From Lama guanicoe (lineage: Eukaryota), in contig MU055263.1 of assembly GCA_013239625.1 (NCBI GenBank), positions 5,489,886 to 5,553,885 on the forward strand: a stretch of 64,000 nt of DNA. Direction: 5' to 3'. The notes beneath the pieces were generated by a model that saw only the letters and a program-made list of their open reading frames with translations, was not told the DNA's origin and did no database searches. The translations under genes and the position numbers were made by a program. Of the stretch, positions 49,111 through 63,093 are shown piece after piece (position 1 is the stretch's first letter; the number at the start of each line of letters is the position of its first letter).

Positions 49111-51699
49111 AAGCAGAGGGTCCCGGCCACCCCCCACCCCTGCCTCCGCCTCCGCACGGCTCGGCGTTACCCACACAGCGCGCTGCACAGGGCACGTCTG
49201 GTCACTCTGTCTGCTTCTCTCTCTAGGGGCCACAGAAAGAAGTTTTAGCATAACAAATTTAGTTTAAAATATTATTAGTTTGAAAGAGATCAGAGTGCAG
49301 AGGTTTTTATTTCTTCCAGAAAGGCTGAAAATGTACCTTTCCCTTATCTTGGAATGGCTGAGATAAAAGCCGTCTTAAGCAAGAGGTCTGTGAGCTCCCC
49401 GCCCAGCACCGAGGGAGGCTCCCTTGGGAGGAACACCTCATCTGACACGCGCCTTAAACTCAACTACTCAGCTCTTAGGTTCCGTCCATAAAGTGGGACT
49501 ACTACTTGGTAAATTGTACTTTAAGACTGTTGTAAAAACGTTGCTTTTCGGCCTTAGTGGTACTGCCCCCTAAAACACAACAATTACTCATCTAGAATTA
49601 AACACTAAAAAGGCAGAGAACTCTATTTTAGCAAATACATAAAGTATGTCATGTATTTTGTTCATTATATGTATTTATAAAATATATACCAATTTGCCAA
49701 TTATATAAAGATTATTTTAGTATTTTTATGAGTTACTGCCAAAACCATTTTTGCAATTTTTAAATTTTCACTTCACTGCTTACAACCACCTCCTTGAAAG
49801 TACAAAATGGGAGCTGGCCTCTTTGCCAAAGCTCTGCTCTAGGATGTGGATCTCATGCTGGGCATTTGTGGCAGGACGGATCACAAGCCCCTACTTCTTC
49901 CAAAGAGCAACTGATTATGAAACACATAGATGGATGAAAAGGTAGCTTGAAATTAGTGCCTGCTGACTTTTCCCTAAGGGCAGTTATTAAAGCATTATGG
50001 TTTACATTTATAAAAGCAAAGATAACCTATTACACTATCAGTTCTTTGGGGGCAAAAGCTCAGGGTTGCAGATAATCCTCTTTCCCTGTATTTAAATAAT
50101 GAGAGGATTATTTCTTTCCTCCATTCACAATTCTTACCCCCAAACCACTCCCCACTTAAGTAATTTTCACAGCTGTGCCTGGGGAGCAGAAAGGCAGAGA
50201 GAATGTCGCAGTGCAGACCCTGACCCGCTACCACCAGGGCGAAGGGACAGCAGGTCAGAGGGAGCTAGAGAAACGGGCCAACAGCCACAGGCCTGGACCT
50301 CGCCACGGCTCCTCCACGGTGCTTCCACGTACCACGGCTCCTCTTCAGAAACGAGTTTAAAAAGGAGTCAACTCACTTACCCTACTCCCCAACTACTGAA
50401 CAGCCTGCTGACACCATTCACACTGCAAATGTAAACTCAGCAACGCTTCTGGCTTATCTTAATGAGCACCCCAGAAGCTGGACTTCTGACTTCTACTTCT
50501 TGTAAAATATTCAACGTCACAATTTTATAAAGAAAGCCTGTTCGATTTCACTCGTGATTCCTTGAAGAGCAATATTTATATTTTGTACTCCCTTCAAAAT
50601 GTGTACGTTTGAACACAGCTGCAACAATACATTTACTGTGATGACATTTTATCATTTCGTCCCTTTTCCGATTGTTTCTGTGCGTATCAGAACGTGCAAT
50701 TCTGTGAGCTTTAAGCAGACTGCTACTTTGCTTCTCACCTTAAGTAAAATCGCCTGGCTCCAGTAATAAGACGTATTAAAGTGGAGAACTGAGCTTTTCT
50801 CACTTGGAAGTAGAGAAAAAAGTGGTTTGCTTTTTTTAGACTCTTCTTTCAGAAGACACAGAAAGTCATTTGTCTTTTGTTTACTTGAATGCAGCAGTTA
50901 AGCAGCAAAAGATAATGGTCCCAATTATCCAGGCCAACAAACTGCAGGGTTTATAAAACTTATGACTTTTTTGAAAACACCCAGCAGGTTAGTTGGTACT
51001 AAGAACCACATTTCGTCTGTTTGCACTAAGCCCTACAACCTTCTCAAACCTCCCTCAGGTCTGCTTTACACGCACAAGTGAGCTCAGAAGACACCGTTAA
51101 CCCTGCAAGGACAGTGCCGGTGACCTTCCCTAAACTTCACAAGGGGGACGGTTCCCCCACGTCCAGATGGAACGGCAGCCTCGCGGCAAGTCACAGTGCC
51201 TTCGCCTGCGGCCATGACGCCAGCCCCAGCAGGCCCGTCCCCACCCCGCCCAGGGGGAGCAGGTCTCTCGGCAGGAAACCAAAGAACTGCAGGTTTTACG
51301 AGGAAGGCTGTACTTTAAACTGGTCTTCAAGTGTTCTTACTCTGCTCATTATTTTTCTGAAAGACAGTTAAGCGGCATCAAGACATTTCTATGTAGAGGG
51401 AAACTTAATTACGCAGAAACAGAGGGGTTTGGTTCACTCTGTATTAAACAGAAACCTTTTCTTTGTCAAACCAAGGGTGGACTGCTGCTAAGTCACTCAG
51501 AGGCTGCCCTCCCGCTGTGGGCAGAGGCGCAGGCAGGAGTGGGCCACCTTCCCGCCGCAGGCGAGCGGCAGCCAAGCCCTCTCCCACCTGCTCCCAGAGG
51601 TTGCTGGTGGCGGTGGGTCAGTGCGCAGCGGAGAAAGGGCGCACCAGACCCGTGAGCGACTGTCGGCCTGCTTTGCTGTGATTTGCCTTTTCCGCTTCT

Positions 51700-51915
51700 T
51701 CAAAATGAAAAGAGCCTTGTTGTTTCTGATTATAAAAGTAGTACCTGTTTGGTACTTTTAAAAATACAGACAATACAGAAAACTATAAAAAAGAATTATT
51801 ACCTATTACCCTGCTGCTCAGAGGTAAGGACTCGGTGTCCTGGCGTGTATCCTTGCAAGTTGCTTTCTGTGCACACACACACGTTTTGTTTTTGGTGTTT
51901 TGTTTTGTTTTTTTA
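51700..51915 (-). mobile_element. L1ME-type 3' fragment
   Basis: TTCTGATTATAAAAGTA...AAAATACAGA motif, also seen at ~26980. Confidence 0.4.
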
Positions 51916-51939
51916 AGCAAGTGAGATCATTTGTAAGCT

Positions 51940-52260
51940 CTAGGGCTAGGACTAAAACTCTGTAAAGCAAGTATGTGCTAAAAAGGAGGCAAAATGGAAC
52001 TATATAAAATGTTCACTTAATACCACAGAAAAAAGAAGTGGAAAAAAGAAACAGAGCCAGTGCAACAAACAGAACACAATCAGACAAACACGGCAGATAC
52101 TAGTCCAACCACAGCAATAACTACTTTACGTGTGAATCACCCAAATACAACAATTAAACGACAGATTGTCAGAGAAGATTAAAAAAGAGACCCTGTGTTT
52201 GTCATCCACAAGGGACCCACTGTAAATACCAAGACTTAGATAAGCTGAAGACGGGGACTG
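51940..52260 (+). mobile_element. Degenerate L1M inter-ORF / ORF2 start fragment
   Basis: AATAACTACTTTACGTGTGAAT...CAATTAAACGACAGATTGTCAGA...CAAGGGACCCAC resembles a decayed EN N-terminus. Confidence 0.6.
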
Positions 52261-54739
52261 AGAGAGGAACCGAGGTCACGGGCTGTGCACGGCTTTCTCT
52301 ACCTTTCCTTGAAAGACAAATACCGGAAAACACCTGGTCCACTGAGAACATCTACAAAGTTATCAGTGTACACACCTTCCCAAATACATACAAACACTGT
52401 CCAAGACTTCAAAATGCTGACCTGCTTTATATTATTTGAGAAAATTAAAATTGCGTACCTTTGAGCCCACTAATTAGTGACAGATGAATACTTACCACAT
52501 ATTTTTCTCCCTAATCTTGCTTATAGCTCACAGACAGAAACCTGCCAACCACAACACAGCTGACTTCCTCTCTTTAGGAGGGGCTCTCACTCCTTGTTCC
52601 TGGCAGTGGAGAAAGACTAACAGACGTCCCCATTCCTGCCCGAGCGCTCTCATGCACACTGTCACCACCGCAGACTCCGTCCCCAAGTCCAACACGGGCT
52701 GCTGAGCTTCTCCCACCAGCAGAGCCACGAAGCAGTCCACTGCCCCAGCAGGTCCGAGCTCACGTTCCGACACTACGTGGACGTAGAAGCTCGGCTGGCC
52801 TTTGTGTCCCCTGTTCTTTCCACGTGAGACGCCGAAGGACACTCGCCCGCAGCGCGTGTCTAGCTGCCGGCCCCGACCAGCTGCGTCTTGGAAGCGGACC
52901 CTTCTCGACATCAGGCAGTCAGCACTTGGGCTACGGCAGCGTCACGTGCGGAAAGGAAGGGTTCTGAGCTCTACATACACGTCCTGGTTCCTTGTGCTTA
53001 AAAAAAGAGTGTTCGACTTGATTTTCTGAGGTTAGGAAAAATGACTGAAACTTTCCCGTTGAGTGATGACGCTGGAATCTTTGATCTCAGCTGCTCTGAG
53101 TTCACAGTCAGGCTGCTCAGTTTATTTTGAGAAAGCAAACCCTTCCTGTTGCTTCTCAGGAAATGGAAGAACACATTTATAGACTACGTTTTAATTTCAT
53201 GTTTACGTGGTTTTAGTTTTTTAACTATGTCTTACTTCAAATAATATTTAACTATGGGGTGATATTAAGACTTTCAGAAGGAAATCAGAGCTGGGGGGTG
53301 AGGGAGAGAATAATATTTTCAGATTTAACCTAAAAGGGTACATTTTTTTTAAAAAGTCTCACACTGTTACACCCTGTTTCTTCCTGTGAAGAATTTTCCA
53401 AGCATTAAGTTGTGCAACAGCTTAAGGAAGAAAAAAGGAAATGCCCACGTTTCTCTCAAATATGCAACAGCACAGAGAAATATCAGAGGCTTAATTTAAA
53501 AACAGTGCCTCTCACCTGCTTAGACTTGTTAAATCACTACAGTGACCTCTGAGCCGCCCACTCAGCTCTCGGCGCTCGCCACACCCTCCTGCACTGTTCC
53601 TAACGGGAGGCAGACACTTAATGGCTTTGCAGAATAAATCTTCAGGGAAGAACACAGTGCACCGACAAGAGTGAAGAAATGCTTCAGACTGTCTCTGATT
53701 TCTCTACAGGCAAAGAAAATCAGGCGCCATGACGGAGCTGGGAAGGAGAAAAGACACTGAAGGGAAGAGGCTACAAGTAACGCCTGAGCTCCTTCAACCA
53801 ACTGTTGGGTTCTCTTCTACGTGGCACACTTTCAGCCAAGAGGGAGAAACGAACCCAGCAGAAACCAAACACAGTAATGGAGGGAAAGAAACCACGTAGG
53901 CAGTGAACGCAGACCGCGGCCACCCTCAGGAAAGGACCCAGGGTGCCTCAGCGAGTGTGGCGCACAGCAACACCCCAGCCCCCATCACAGCCCCCCCAAC
54001 GTCTGCTCCCCCTTTCCCGACTTGCTTCCCCGGCCCCGGGGCCAGTGCAGCCCATGGGCGGGCAGCTGGGCGCCATCCCCGGCAGCTGTCCGGGCCTCGG
54101 TGCTCCAAAGGCACGGCGTGGGAGCTGCCGTCAGAGAACTCGTGGACGGTGGGTGAGTGACAGGAGTCTGGCTGCTCCTACTCTTTTGTCCACTCGTTTT
54201 TGTGCAACGATGTCAAGTCTCACAGAAGTTCTGAGGGGACGTGACGCGGACCCTCACCCAGTGAGAGACGGCAGAACCGGGGCGCAGGGAGATGGCCGGC
54301 CTCCCCGTGCCCACCCGTCGGTGGGAGAACCGGGACCAGAAGGCAGGCTCCCTGAGCTCAGCGTGGGTCCTTCTGCCTTGGGCTTCCTGAAATCACCATC
54401 TAAACCGGACACTTCAGGCGAGGCCTGTGAGGTCTGTTCTAAAAGGCCATTTGTGGCACTTGTCTTTATCAACCAGAAGACAGAAAGAAAGAAAAAACAA
54501 AAGCCACCAGCGGCACCTAGTCCCCAGCGACAGAACCCCAGGTGGGGCCTCAATGCCCACGCCCATCACGCGTCCTCATCAGCGAGGACGTCTTTCCACG
54601 CTGGCTGTTACTGACTTTCGGCTGCCTTCTGCAGGCCTGCTCGCGCTCAGCAGCGGGTCTGCTCCCCGCTCACGGAGAAAACCCAAGCCACCAGGAGCGA
54701 ACTCTCTCGCCCCCCGCCCCGCTACCCACACACTCATCT

Positions 54740-56270
54740 CCAGTCACACCACCTCCGTCCTCCTCGGCTCCCCTGGCAGATGGCCCCCCAAAGGGACGCC
54801 GCCACTGTCCCCTTCCCTCCCGAGGCAGGCCCCCGAGCACTCGGCACCCAGACCCACTGCCTGGCTTTCTGGAGGCCTTGCTCCGTTAGCTATTCCCTCT
54901 CCAACCTGCAGGCATGTCTTCCCCCGTCTGCCTCCAAAACACAAACGCCAGTCACCACGACACACGGAGCCCAAGCCTGTACACGGACAGGTGTGTGCGC
55001 AGGCCGCCCCCACTTCTCAAGCCCCACTCCCTCCTCCCTCCAGAGCCCTCTGGCTGCCACCTGAACACCTAGTTGCCAGATCCAGTCTCCCATGTTCAGT
55101 CTCCACCTGACTTTCCCGTGCCCTCGGACAGGCCTGACAGCTCTTCCCTACTTGCTCCTGGGCGGTGGGGCAAGTTGCTCTCCCGAGCTTTAGACAGCTT
55201 ATCTGGCAAAGGCAAGGGCGATAAGCACTTCAGGGAGCACTGCTGTGAAGATCCTATGATGTAACACACGGGAACAGCACGACGCCCCGGTGCTCGGCAC
55301 CACTACCGTCCGCGTGGGTGGGTCTTCCTGGCCCCCTTCTCCCTCCCTTCCTCTGCCTGCGGGGTCTCTGGGCCGTGGGCACCCCTGGGGACCTCACACA
55401 TGCGTGGCTGCAGCCGTCAGTCCCAGTACCTCCCCGACAGGTCTGCAGCCCTGACTTCTCTCCGGGCTCCCGGCCGCTCCAGGTCAGCAGAACGCCTCCA
55501 GCTGGACTCGCTCTTCTCCCTCCAAGCCCGCTCCTCCGTGTTCCCCTCCGACCAGTGCCGCCTTCGCAGAGCGACTCTCCCCAGCCAGAAACACCAGGAG
55601 CCGTCTCCCTTCTTCCCTCTTACCCTCTCCCGCCTCCCACCAACCAGCACCAGTTCCTTCCCCTCAGTGTTCCCCAAGCCCACCCCCACCCGCCCCACCA
55701 TCACTTCGTTGGGGTCCTCATTATTTTCCCCTGGATTACTTTAGCAGCCCTTGGCCTTCTCCCCGCCTGCTTTCTGCATAACTTAAGACAGTGATTTAAG
55801 CACTTATTGCACCTTTGATGATCCCACAACGCTGCCAGGAAGAGGGCTACACTTCCAGAAATAGCATGCCTGGCCCTTGACAGGGCTGGAGCAAGAATCT
55901 GAACCAAGAGGCACCTCCCGCCCCTTCCCCGCTCTGCACCACGAGTCTCTGCTCCTGTCCCTCTTCCTTGGTGCTCCTCATGCTGAGCCCTTCCGCGCTC
56001 TGAACCGGGGCTGTTTCTTCTGTTCTCTCCTTTCTGCTCAGCCTGGTAAATAGTCCTGACCCTCAAACACCCAGCACCTGCTCCGTGTACTGTTTCCTCA
56101 AAACCGAAGAGCAAATCGCACCCTCCTGTGTGCCCCGCTCTCCACCACTACTGATTACAATGTATCGCTGTAAAGTACTTCCATTCTCAATTCCAGTTAA
56201 TAATTTACGTGCCTGTCTTCTGAGGGCAGGCACTGTGTCACACTCACACAGTGTCTTCAGGATTTGAGCA
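54740..56270 (+). mobile_element. L2 fragments with an embedded MIR piece (~55160-55300)
   Basis: C/T-rich L2 body, 3' motif CTTCTGAGGGCAGGCACTGTGTC, and MIR-like CTGTGAAGATCCTATGATGTAACAC. Confidence 0.5.
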
Positions 56271-57499
56271 CTGGGACTGCAGGCAGGAGGGCGGAGATCA
56301 GGGAACTAAGACTTAACAGTCCGGAGCTCAGGGAATGGCTGTTGAGTGAATGAGGCAGCGTGGCTGTCAATTACGTCAGAATAACTGAGTGAGAGGGGAG
56401 GCTGGTGAGACAGGCGGACCTGACAGCCGGTGAGGTGAGCACAGAGGAGCCAGAATGAAGGACGGAAAACATGGCACCGATCAGGTCCTCTCCTGAGGAC
56501 GCACGTTCCGTCAGGCCTGGGGCTGTGACCGGCAAACCCAGGTGAGTATCTAACAGCTCCTGCTTAACAGGAGAACAAGTCCCACAGCTCAAGGGCACTG
56601 GTTGAGAGGCAAGTTGTGGACTGTAGAACATTCTGCATTATCACTTTATCAGGCTCTGTGCAAGCTCAGTAAATGTCAGTAGTTAGCCTGCAGCCCTCTC
56701 CTACATCCATAAAGCTCCTGGAGAACTGCAGACAGAAGAAAAACAAATAAACAGAGCCCATCGCCCATATAACCCTAGCACCGAGGGCCCAGAGGAACCA
56801 CGTCATGCAGTATCTATTTTGTGGCCAAAATTTGTCCCCTGCAATAATTTATGTATAATAAGCCATGTTATGCACAACATGCCATCATCCCACACACTAA
56901 GGAAAAAGTACACTGTATTCTGCCAAGGCATGTAAGTGCCCACTTATCAAATGAAGCAACCTAGCATCCAGTGTGGCAAGCATCGGAGACTGAGGAGGAA
57001 TGAGACCCAGGGAACTGGGAACGGAGCGAGGCAAAGTAAACTCGGAGAAAACCAAGCTGAAACTGGCAATGTGTTCCCGATAATAAAAGGAACATCTATA
57101 ATTAACAGGCTTTCAAGCATATTCAGCCCTGGAAGACGGCGTCACACCTCATAAAACATTCATTTAAGAGCCATATACCAGGAGTGCACACCCTCATTAC
57201 AGAGGCACGTGCAGAGCACTGAAGGAGCAAGAGAGGGCTCCAAAGTGAGACCCCCACTGCCCTCCAGAGAGCCCACACATGAAAGGGAGCCAGAATTGCT
57301 AAAGATAAAAATAATAATAATAAAATGGAATGTTAAGACTAAAGTAAATTATGTTACTAAATAAATAAGGACTGTTCCCAGAGGAGTAAACACATTTCTA
57401 GAAAACAAATCTGCAGGTACAGAGTTAACACACATGCAAAAAAGAACAAGAAAGCGAACTCACAATAACCTAGAATATTTGTGAACTTTTAAATTTGTA

Positions 57500-58270
57500 C
57501 CAATCATGCTAATAAGATCAACTCATATAAATGTACGTGTAACAAGATAAGGCATATTTCAAAACCACAGTAATTTAAAAAGTGAATCAATGACCCAGGA
57601 ACGCACAAGTAAGCCACTGGGACAAAACAGAGACCGCAGAAAGAGATCTGCATAAATGTGCACCCAGGTGCTGGAGGCGGCCCCGCAAACCTGCGGCGAA
57701 GGAGGGGATCACTCGGTAAACAGTACCGAGGAAACTGGCTCACAACGTGAACAGTTTTCTAAAAATAAAAACGAATTTACGCCTCATACCTTAAACTCCA
57801 AATTGTTTTAAAGACGTAAGAGAGTAAACCCATGAAGCTAAAAATGGGAGGAGAGATTATGTTGTGAGCCCCGAATAGGGGAAGAGTTCTTAAATGACTC
57901 AAAATGCACAGACCACAATAATGTCAAGAACTGGTGGGTAAGAAAAGATTTCGTTGCTGCTAATGAAAGGCACACAAAGGTAGCAGACGAGCGAAGTACT
58001 TGGGAACGGGGCTCACAGCAGCCACAGCTAACAAGGGGTAATTTACAGAACACACAAGGGTTCCACAAGAATTCTTTCAACGAACGCTCCCAAGAACAAG
58101 GCAGGAGGTCTGATTCACAGAAAAGGGAAACTAAACCAGGAAATGAAGAGAGGCTTCACCTCATCTGCCATCACAGAAGGGCGAAATCAACTATGAGCCA
58201 GAACAACCATCTATCAGGTTAGCGAAAATCAGGAAACTCGTTAAAAGAAACGGAAGCACCGACCGTGCAG
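57500..58270 (+). mobile_element. Degenerate L1ME ORF2 3' part
   Basis: A-rich. Decayed motifs resembling 'ATAAATG..GGGAAAACTGG', 'CTCATACC' and 'TATCAGGTTAGCGAAAATCA' of the L1 ORF2 C-terminal region. Confidence 0.55.
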
Positions 58271-58499
58271 TCCTGGTGGGCGCGCGAGGCCGCACTGCGC
58301 GCGGACAGCGCCGCCCGAGAACCCCTCCGCAGCAGAGCCCGTGTACTCGTGCCCCCGGGGGACAAAGCGCACACATGCCGCCCGGCAGCCAAGACACGTA
58401 CAAACATGTGGGCCTTTCCATGTCCCTGTTCCTGAAGTCTGCATGTTCTGTCTGGTTTTAACTTAACCTTTGCTGAAAAGCAGCAGATGTAATGACAGA

Positions 58500-58680
58500 A
58501 ACCGTTTAGCCGGGGGACGGACACACCCGGATCGAGGCCGGCCTCGGCTGTCCTGCAACCTGGGTAAGCGGCAATCTGCACTCGCCTCGGTTTCTTTACC
58601 TATAAAACAGGGGTGTTACCCACCCTGCACACCACCAGGAAGGTCAGAGATGATGCATGCAAAGCATTCAATAAATGGAA
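58500..58680 (+). mobile_element. MIR
   Basis: GCCTCGGTTTCTTTACCTATAAAACAGGG...GATGATGCATGCAAAGCA. Confidence 0.55.
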
Positions 58681-60729
58681 GTGATTTTTTTTTAAACCAG
58701 AAGTAGGAGCGTCACGCCCTGACCCAGACAGATTCTGGTGCTGAGCTCAGTCCCTCTCAGACAGAACGCCAAAGCCACAGCAAGAGACGGGGAACCAGAG
58801 ACAGATTCAGCGTGGACTTACCCGCCGGTCTCTCCCACTCGGCGGGGCAGGGTAAGTAACCTCTCTCCTTCCGTATACTCATTGGAAACTGTCAAGGTCA
58901 AGGCTGGGGAGGCTCTTTTAGCTCCGGGAAAATGCACAGGAGGCTGCGGCTGGTGGCCGTCATGACCGTGGTGCCCCTGCGACGGGCGTCGGAGTCCCGA
59001 TTCCACAAACATCAGGAAGGGGAACTCACACACGGCAGGGAGAACGCTCTTAGAGGAACTCGGTTATCCACGACCGAGTGAGGTAACTGCAGGGCCTGAA
59101 GGCTGACCATGACAACAGTGAACCCGGAGACAGACGCAGACCCAAGGTCAGGACTTCACACGTCAACTGCTTAACACACAACGCGGAGGAAGCATTCCAG
59201 CCGGCAGCCTTCGTAGCCTGGTGGCTGGTGTCCCTCCGCGCCACCACCCCTGCATCTTCGCCTGGAGCAGCTGCTTCTCTTTGGTCCTGAGTCCCAGCCT
59301 GTGGACTTCGGGACCCTGGCAGAGAGCTGCAGGCGGAACCCCTGCGCCACACACACACGTCCTACTACTTACAAACACGGGAAGATGCTGTGGTCCTTGT
59401 TTCCGGTGCACGTGCAGCGGAGTAATCTTAAACAGTAACCGCGACACTAAATATGAGCAATCATCAGAAGTAAGAAGTGAAACTCTAAAAAGTCAAAAAA
59501 AAAAATCTTTGAAATCTTTCAGTATTAAATGAAAGTGCAGCACCGATTTCTGCAAAGGCTGAGAATCACTGCTTTAAAGTTTACAATTTCCAACTGAAGT
59601 TAGTTTTTATTTCATAATAGACATGAAGGGAAAAGAAGGGGGGGTTGAAAAAAATGAAAATCCCAGCACACATTTATCTCCACTCCTCGGCCTCTCCCGA
59701 CCATAAACGTTTCCTTGGCATTTAACATCAAAGCTAGCTACCCTTTCATTCTTAGCTCACTTGCCCCTGCACCTGTTCAGAACAGCAGCGGCAATGCACT
59801 GTGTGTTAGGAAAATACGCATGTGTCGTTCCATTCCTCATTTACGGAAGAAAAGATCACTCATTTTATTTCTCTTTCCTCCCCCTTCCCATCCCCCCAAC
59901 CTTCTGATGCTTGAACACAATTCTATACAGGAGAAGTTTTAGATCACTGTAGATACTCCAATCGGCGAAGAGAAAATAAATATTTTATCTAGCATCTCCT
60001 GGTGAAAATGTACTCTGAGTTTTAATTTATATTCTTTTCGATGCAACATAAAACCTCAGCTAAAGAGAGGCTCAGCTTTAAACACTGCAAAAATAAGAAA
60101 AATAAACTTTTTTCCATCTGGGAGTATCACAAAGATAGTTAATACACAAAATGTATATGGGTTTTCCCATGTCTTTCCATAATACGAGCTTTTCAGTAAG
60201 TTATCCTGAACTGGGGTGGGGAGGCTGGGGGCTAGGTATGGTGGTCGTGCAGTATGTGGGGAGAGTCATACACGTCATTTATTAATTTGTTAACTTACTT
60301 CTTTTCTGGCATGTAAACTGTCCTGGAGTAACCAGAAGTGTTGTTTTTTATTCTAAAGAGTTAAACTTTGCTAATCTGACCCTTCAAAAAGATACCGTTC
60401 CCTAAGATCTGACATCAGACATCTGTAAATTAAAATACGCCATCAGGATTTTGACAGCAGGAGACAAATCACAATGACGCCAACACAGCTACACGTAGCC
60501 ACGAACACAGAGTAAGTGTGAATTTCAAACATGGAAAAAAACAAAACAACAAAACCCCTGGAGCTCTGGGTAGAGACGAATGGGAAAAGACCGGAGCGTC
60601 AGGTAAAGGCCGTCTCGATCAGCACGGGTCAGCTCTCTTCTGCAACGGCGAAGACCGCCCACGTCAGCACCGCCATCTCTTCCGCAAGCAGTGCTTTCCA
60701 GGTCACGAGAGCCACGCGCCTACATCGTC

Positions 60730-60940
60730 TAAGACTCTTGTTCACGTCCCAGCATGTCCATTTACTAACGTGACCGCTGACAAGTCACATTTTATCAGAC
60801 TCAGTTTCCCCTCCATAAAATGGAACAAATGAATCCTATTTTACCAGGCTGTTAAAAGGAGTAATAAATTATAAATGAGATACAGAAGATGTGTTCTGTA
60901 AGCAGAAAATGAAGATCCAAAGGCCAGTTACCATTATTCC
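60730..60940 (+). mobile_element. MIR
   Basis: CAAGTCAC...CTCAGTTTCCCCTCCATAAAATGG. Confidence 0.6.
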
Positions 60941-62828
60941 TGGGTTATTAAGTAATTATTGTCAAATTCTGCTAGGGTGGGAGTAAATCCTGTTCCTAAA
61001 CAGGGGACAAGTTTGGGAGGTCACAAAGGCTGTTCTGTTTCATCCTGAAACAGTGACAGTTGCTGATGAGAGTCCTCAAGTAAATTAGTGAACCAGGGGG
61101 CCAGGAGCACACCTGGGCATAAAAATACAGGCAAAACACTACGGCTGCACAGGCCTTCCAAGAGTCTCTCTTAATGGCTTGTTTCCACTTTTAATCCCAT
61201 GATGCATTTGGCAAGAAGAGGTATAAACACAGACATCTCACAATTAAACTCAAATTTAAGAAGTCCACATCTACTTATCTAGGAAAAGATGAAGCTCACT
61301 GCTCGGTGCTCATGGTGTATCTTGCCTACTTAAGGTGAATGCAATTGTGCCAGTTACTAATATTATCACAATGCTCAAAGCTGCTGTATTTTAGGGGAGA
61401 TTAAAGTTCTGAAGGACTCCTGGAATACTGGGATCTTATCATTCAAATTACCTCCATGCTGCCAACAGGAGAAAGAAGGCAGGGAGGAGGCAGTACAAGT
61501 TTACCAGGCTGAGTACCTACAAAGGATTTTCCTTTCAAAGCAAAATTAATGATGTAGTAACTGTTTTATAATAAAACCTTCAGCATTAGAGTGGTATAGT
61601 CAGCGTACAACACCATGAGTTTAAATTCTACAACTAACCCTGCTTCTGGAGGGACTCTGGGCACCAACAAGGTGAGGGGCTAAGTGCGCACAGTACAGTG
61701 ATGGAGCACGTCCCCTCCCTGCTCCAGAAGGAGACCCTTCTTCGCAGAATCTCACTTCCCTCCCCTCAGGTCATATGCTCAGATCCCTTCCTCCAAAAGA
61801 AAAGGAAAGAAGTTGCTACCAGCTTGAACATCATTCAAACATTTACTTTGAGGCTACAATCTTTCCAACAAACTGATTCTCCTTTACGGTCATACCTCCC
61901 CTAGTGTCCCTCCACCAGCTGGACAAACGGAGGTGGAGAAACAAGGCCAGGCTTTCACTGGGGGGACGTCCATCTGATTTAGTCTGCAGAGAGAGGAGGT
62001 GCTAGGGAAACGAACAAGTAGAAAGTCTGTGCATAAAACCAGCCTCTGCCTCTAGCATTCTGCTCGCCACCTATAAACTTTTGAGATAGAGCAAGATAAG
62101 CTTGTGAAGTCATCATCTCCCTAGTGAATTTGAGAAAAGTCGTTCTCAATTTTACTCTGATGGAAACGGGCATTAAATGAATAAAGCTGTCAGGCTCCTA
62201 CCTTTAAAAGAACCTCTGTCTCAGCAAGGGAGTCTGGCTAAGAAACCGCGACTGAAGGTAACAAGCCAGACTCCAGACTAAACATGTCCGAATCAGCTGC
62301 CCCTATTCCCGGTCACTGCCTTTCCGGTGTGTGTCTGCATCGCCAATTCCCCCAGTTGCGACGGCCCAGCTCCCCCAGAACAGAAAGCCAAGAGCGGGGA
62401 TCCCTGCTCCAGCGGCTGAGGAGGTGGGAGCTCTGAGCCTAGACACCAAGGCTCTCGCTCCCCTTCCCTCACACTTCACCCTCAGCGCATCCTCTCTCCG
62501 CCAGGTCCCCACTCCTCTCACCCTCAGTAACACCCAAGCCACCCACTTATGCAGATAACCCCTGGCCTGGCGAACAAAGGAACAAAGAGCCGTGACTTCG
62601 GCGGCAGCAGGAGGAGAGCAGCGGCTGGAGAGGGCGGCTGCGGACCCGCCCGGGGCGGGTGCGAAGCCGGGCAGGTCCCGCGGGCGCCTCGCTGAGCCTC
62701 GCGGCCCGGGGCCGACGCGCCCGGCCTGGAGACACCCCCCGGGGGAGAACGCAGCGAGCGCGGCGCGAGCAAGGAAGCGCACGCGAGCCGGGCTGCTGCA
62801 GCGCGCCCGCCCGGCGCCCGCCCCGCAC

Positions 62829-62975
62829 CTGGACCAGGCGGCCACCGCGCTCGCTCGGGGCGCGCTCCTCTCCGGGGACTGGCTTCCGGCGGGCTCCGCG
62901 GGCTGGAAGCGGCGTCGCGCGGGCTTCACTCCTCCATCGCGGGCCGGCGGCGCGTCACGGGCAGCCGTGCACTTC
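62829..62975 (-). other. Non-coding 5' exon of the minus-strand gene (first exon, or second after a short intron)
   Basis: Donor CAG|GTGCGG at 62829/62828. Upstream CTCTTTCTCTCACTGTTGTTTAAAACAG|G resembles a branch point, pyrimidine tract and acceptor. The only ATG opens ATG GAG GAG TGA. Confidence 0.6.
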
Positions 62976-63067
62976 CTGTTTTAAACAACAGTGAGAGAAA
63001 GAGCGAGAGCCACCCGCGCGCTGGCGCTGGCCGGGCGGAGAGGCGCGCGGGCCGCGGGGGAGGGCGG

Positions 63068-63093
63068 NNNNNNNNNNNNNNNNNNNNNNNNNN
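63068..63093. other. Assembly gap (26 N) inside the CpG island
   Basis: Run of N seen directly. Confidence 1.

Noticed and set aside
62303-62994. Long GC-rich ORFs on both strands of the CpG island
   Set aside because: Stop-codon scarcity in very GC-rich DNA, with GTG/TTG starts.
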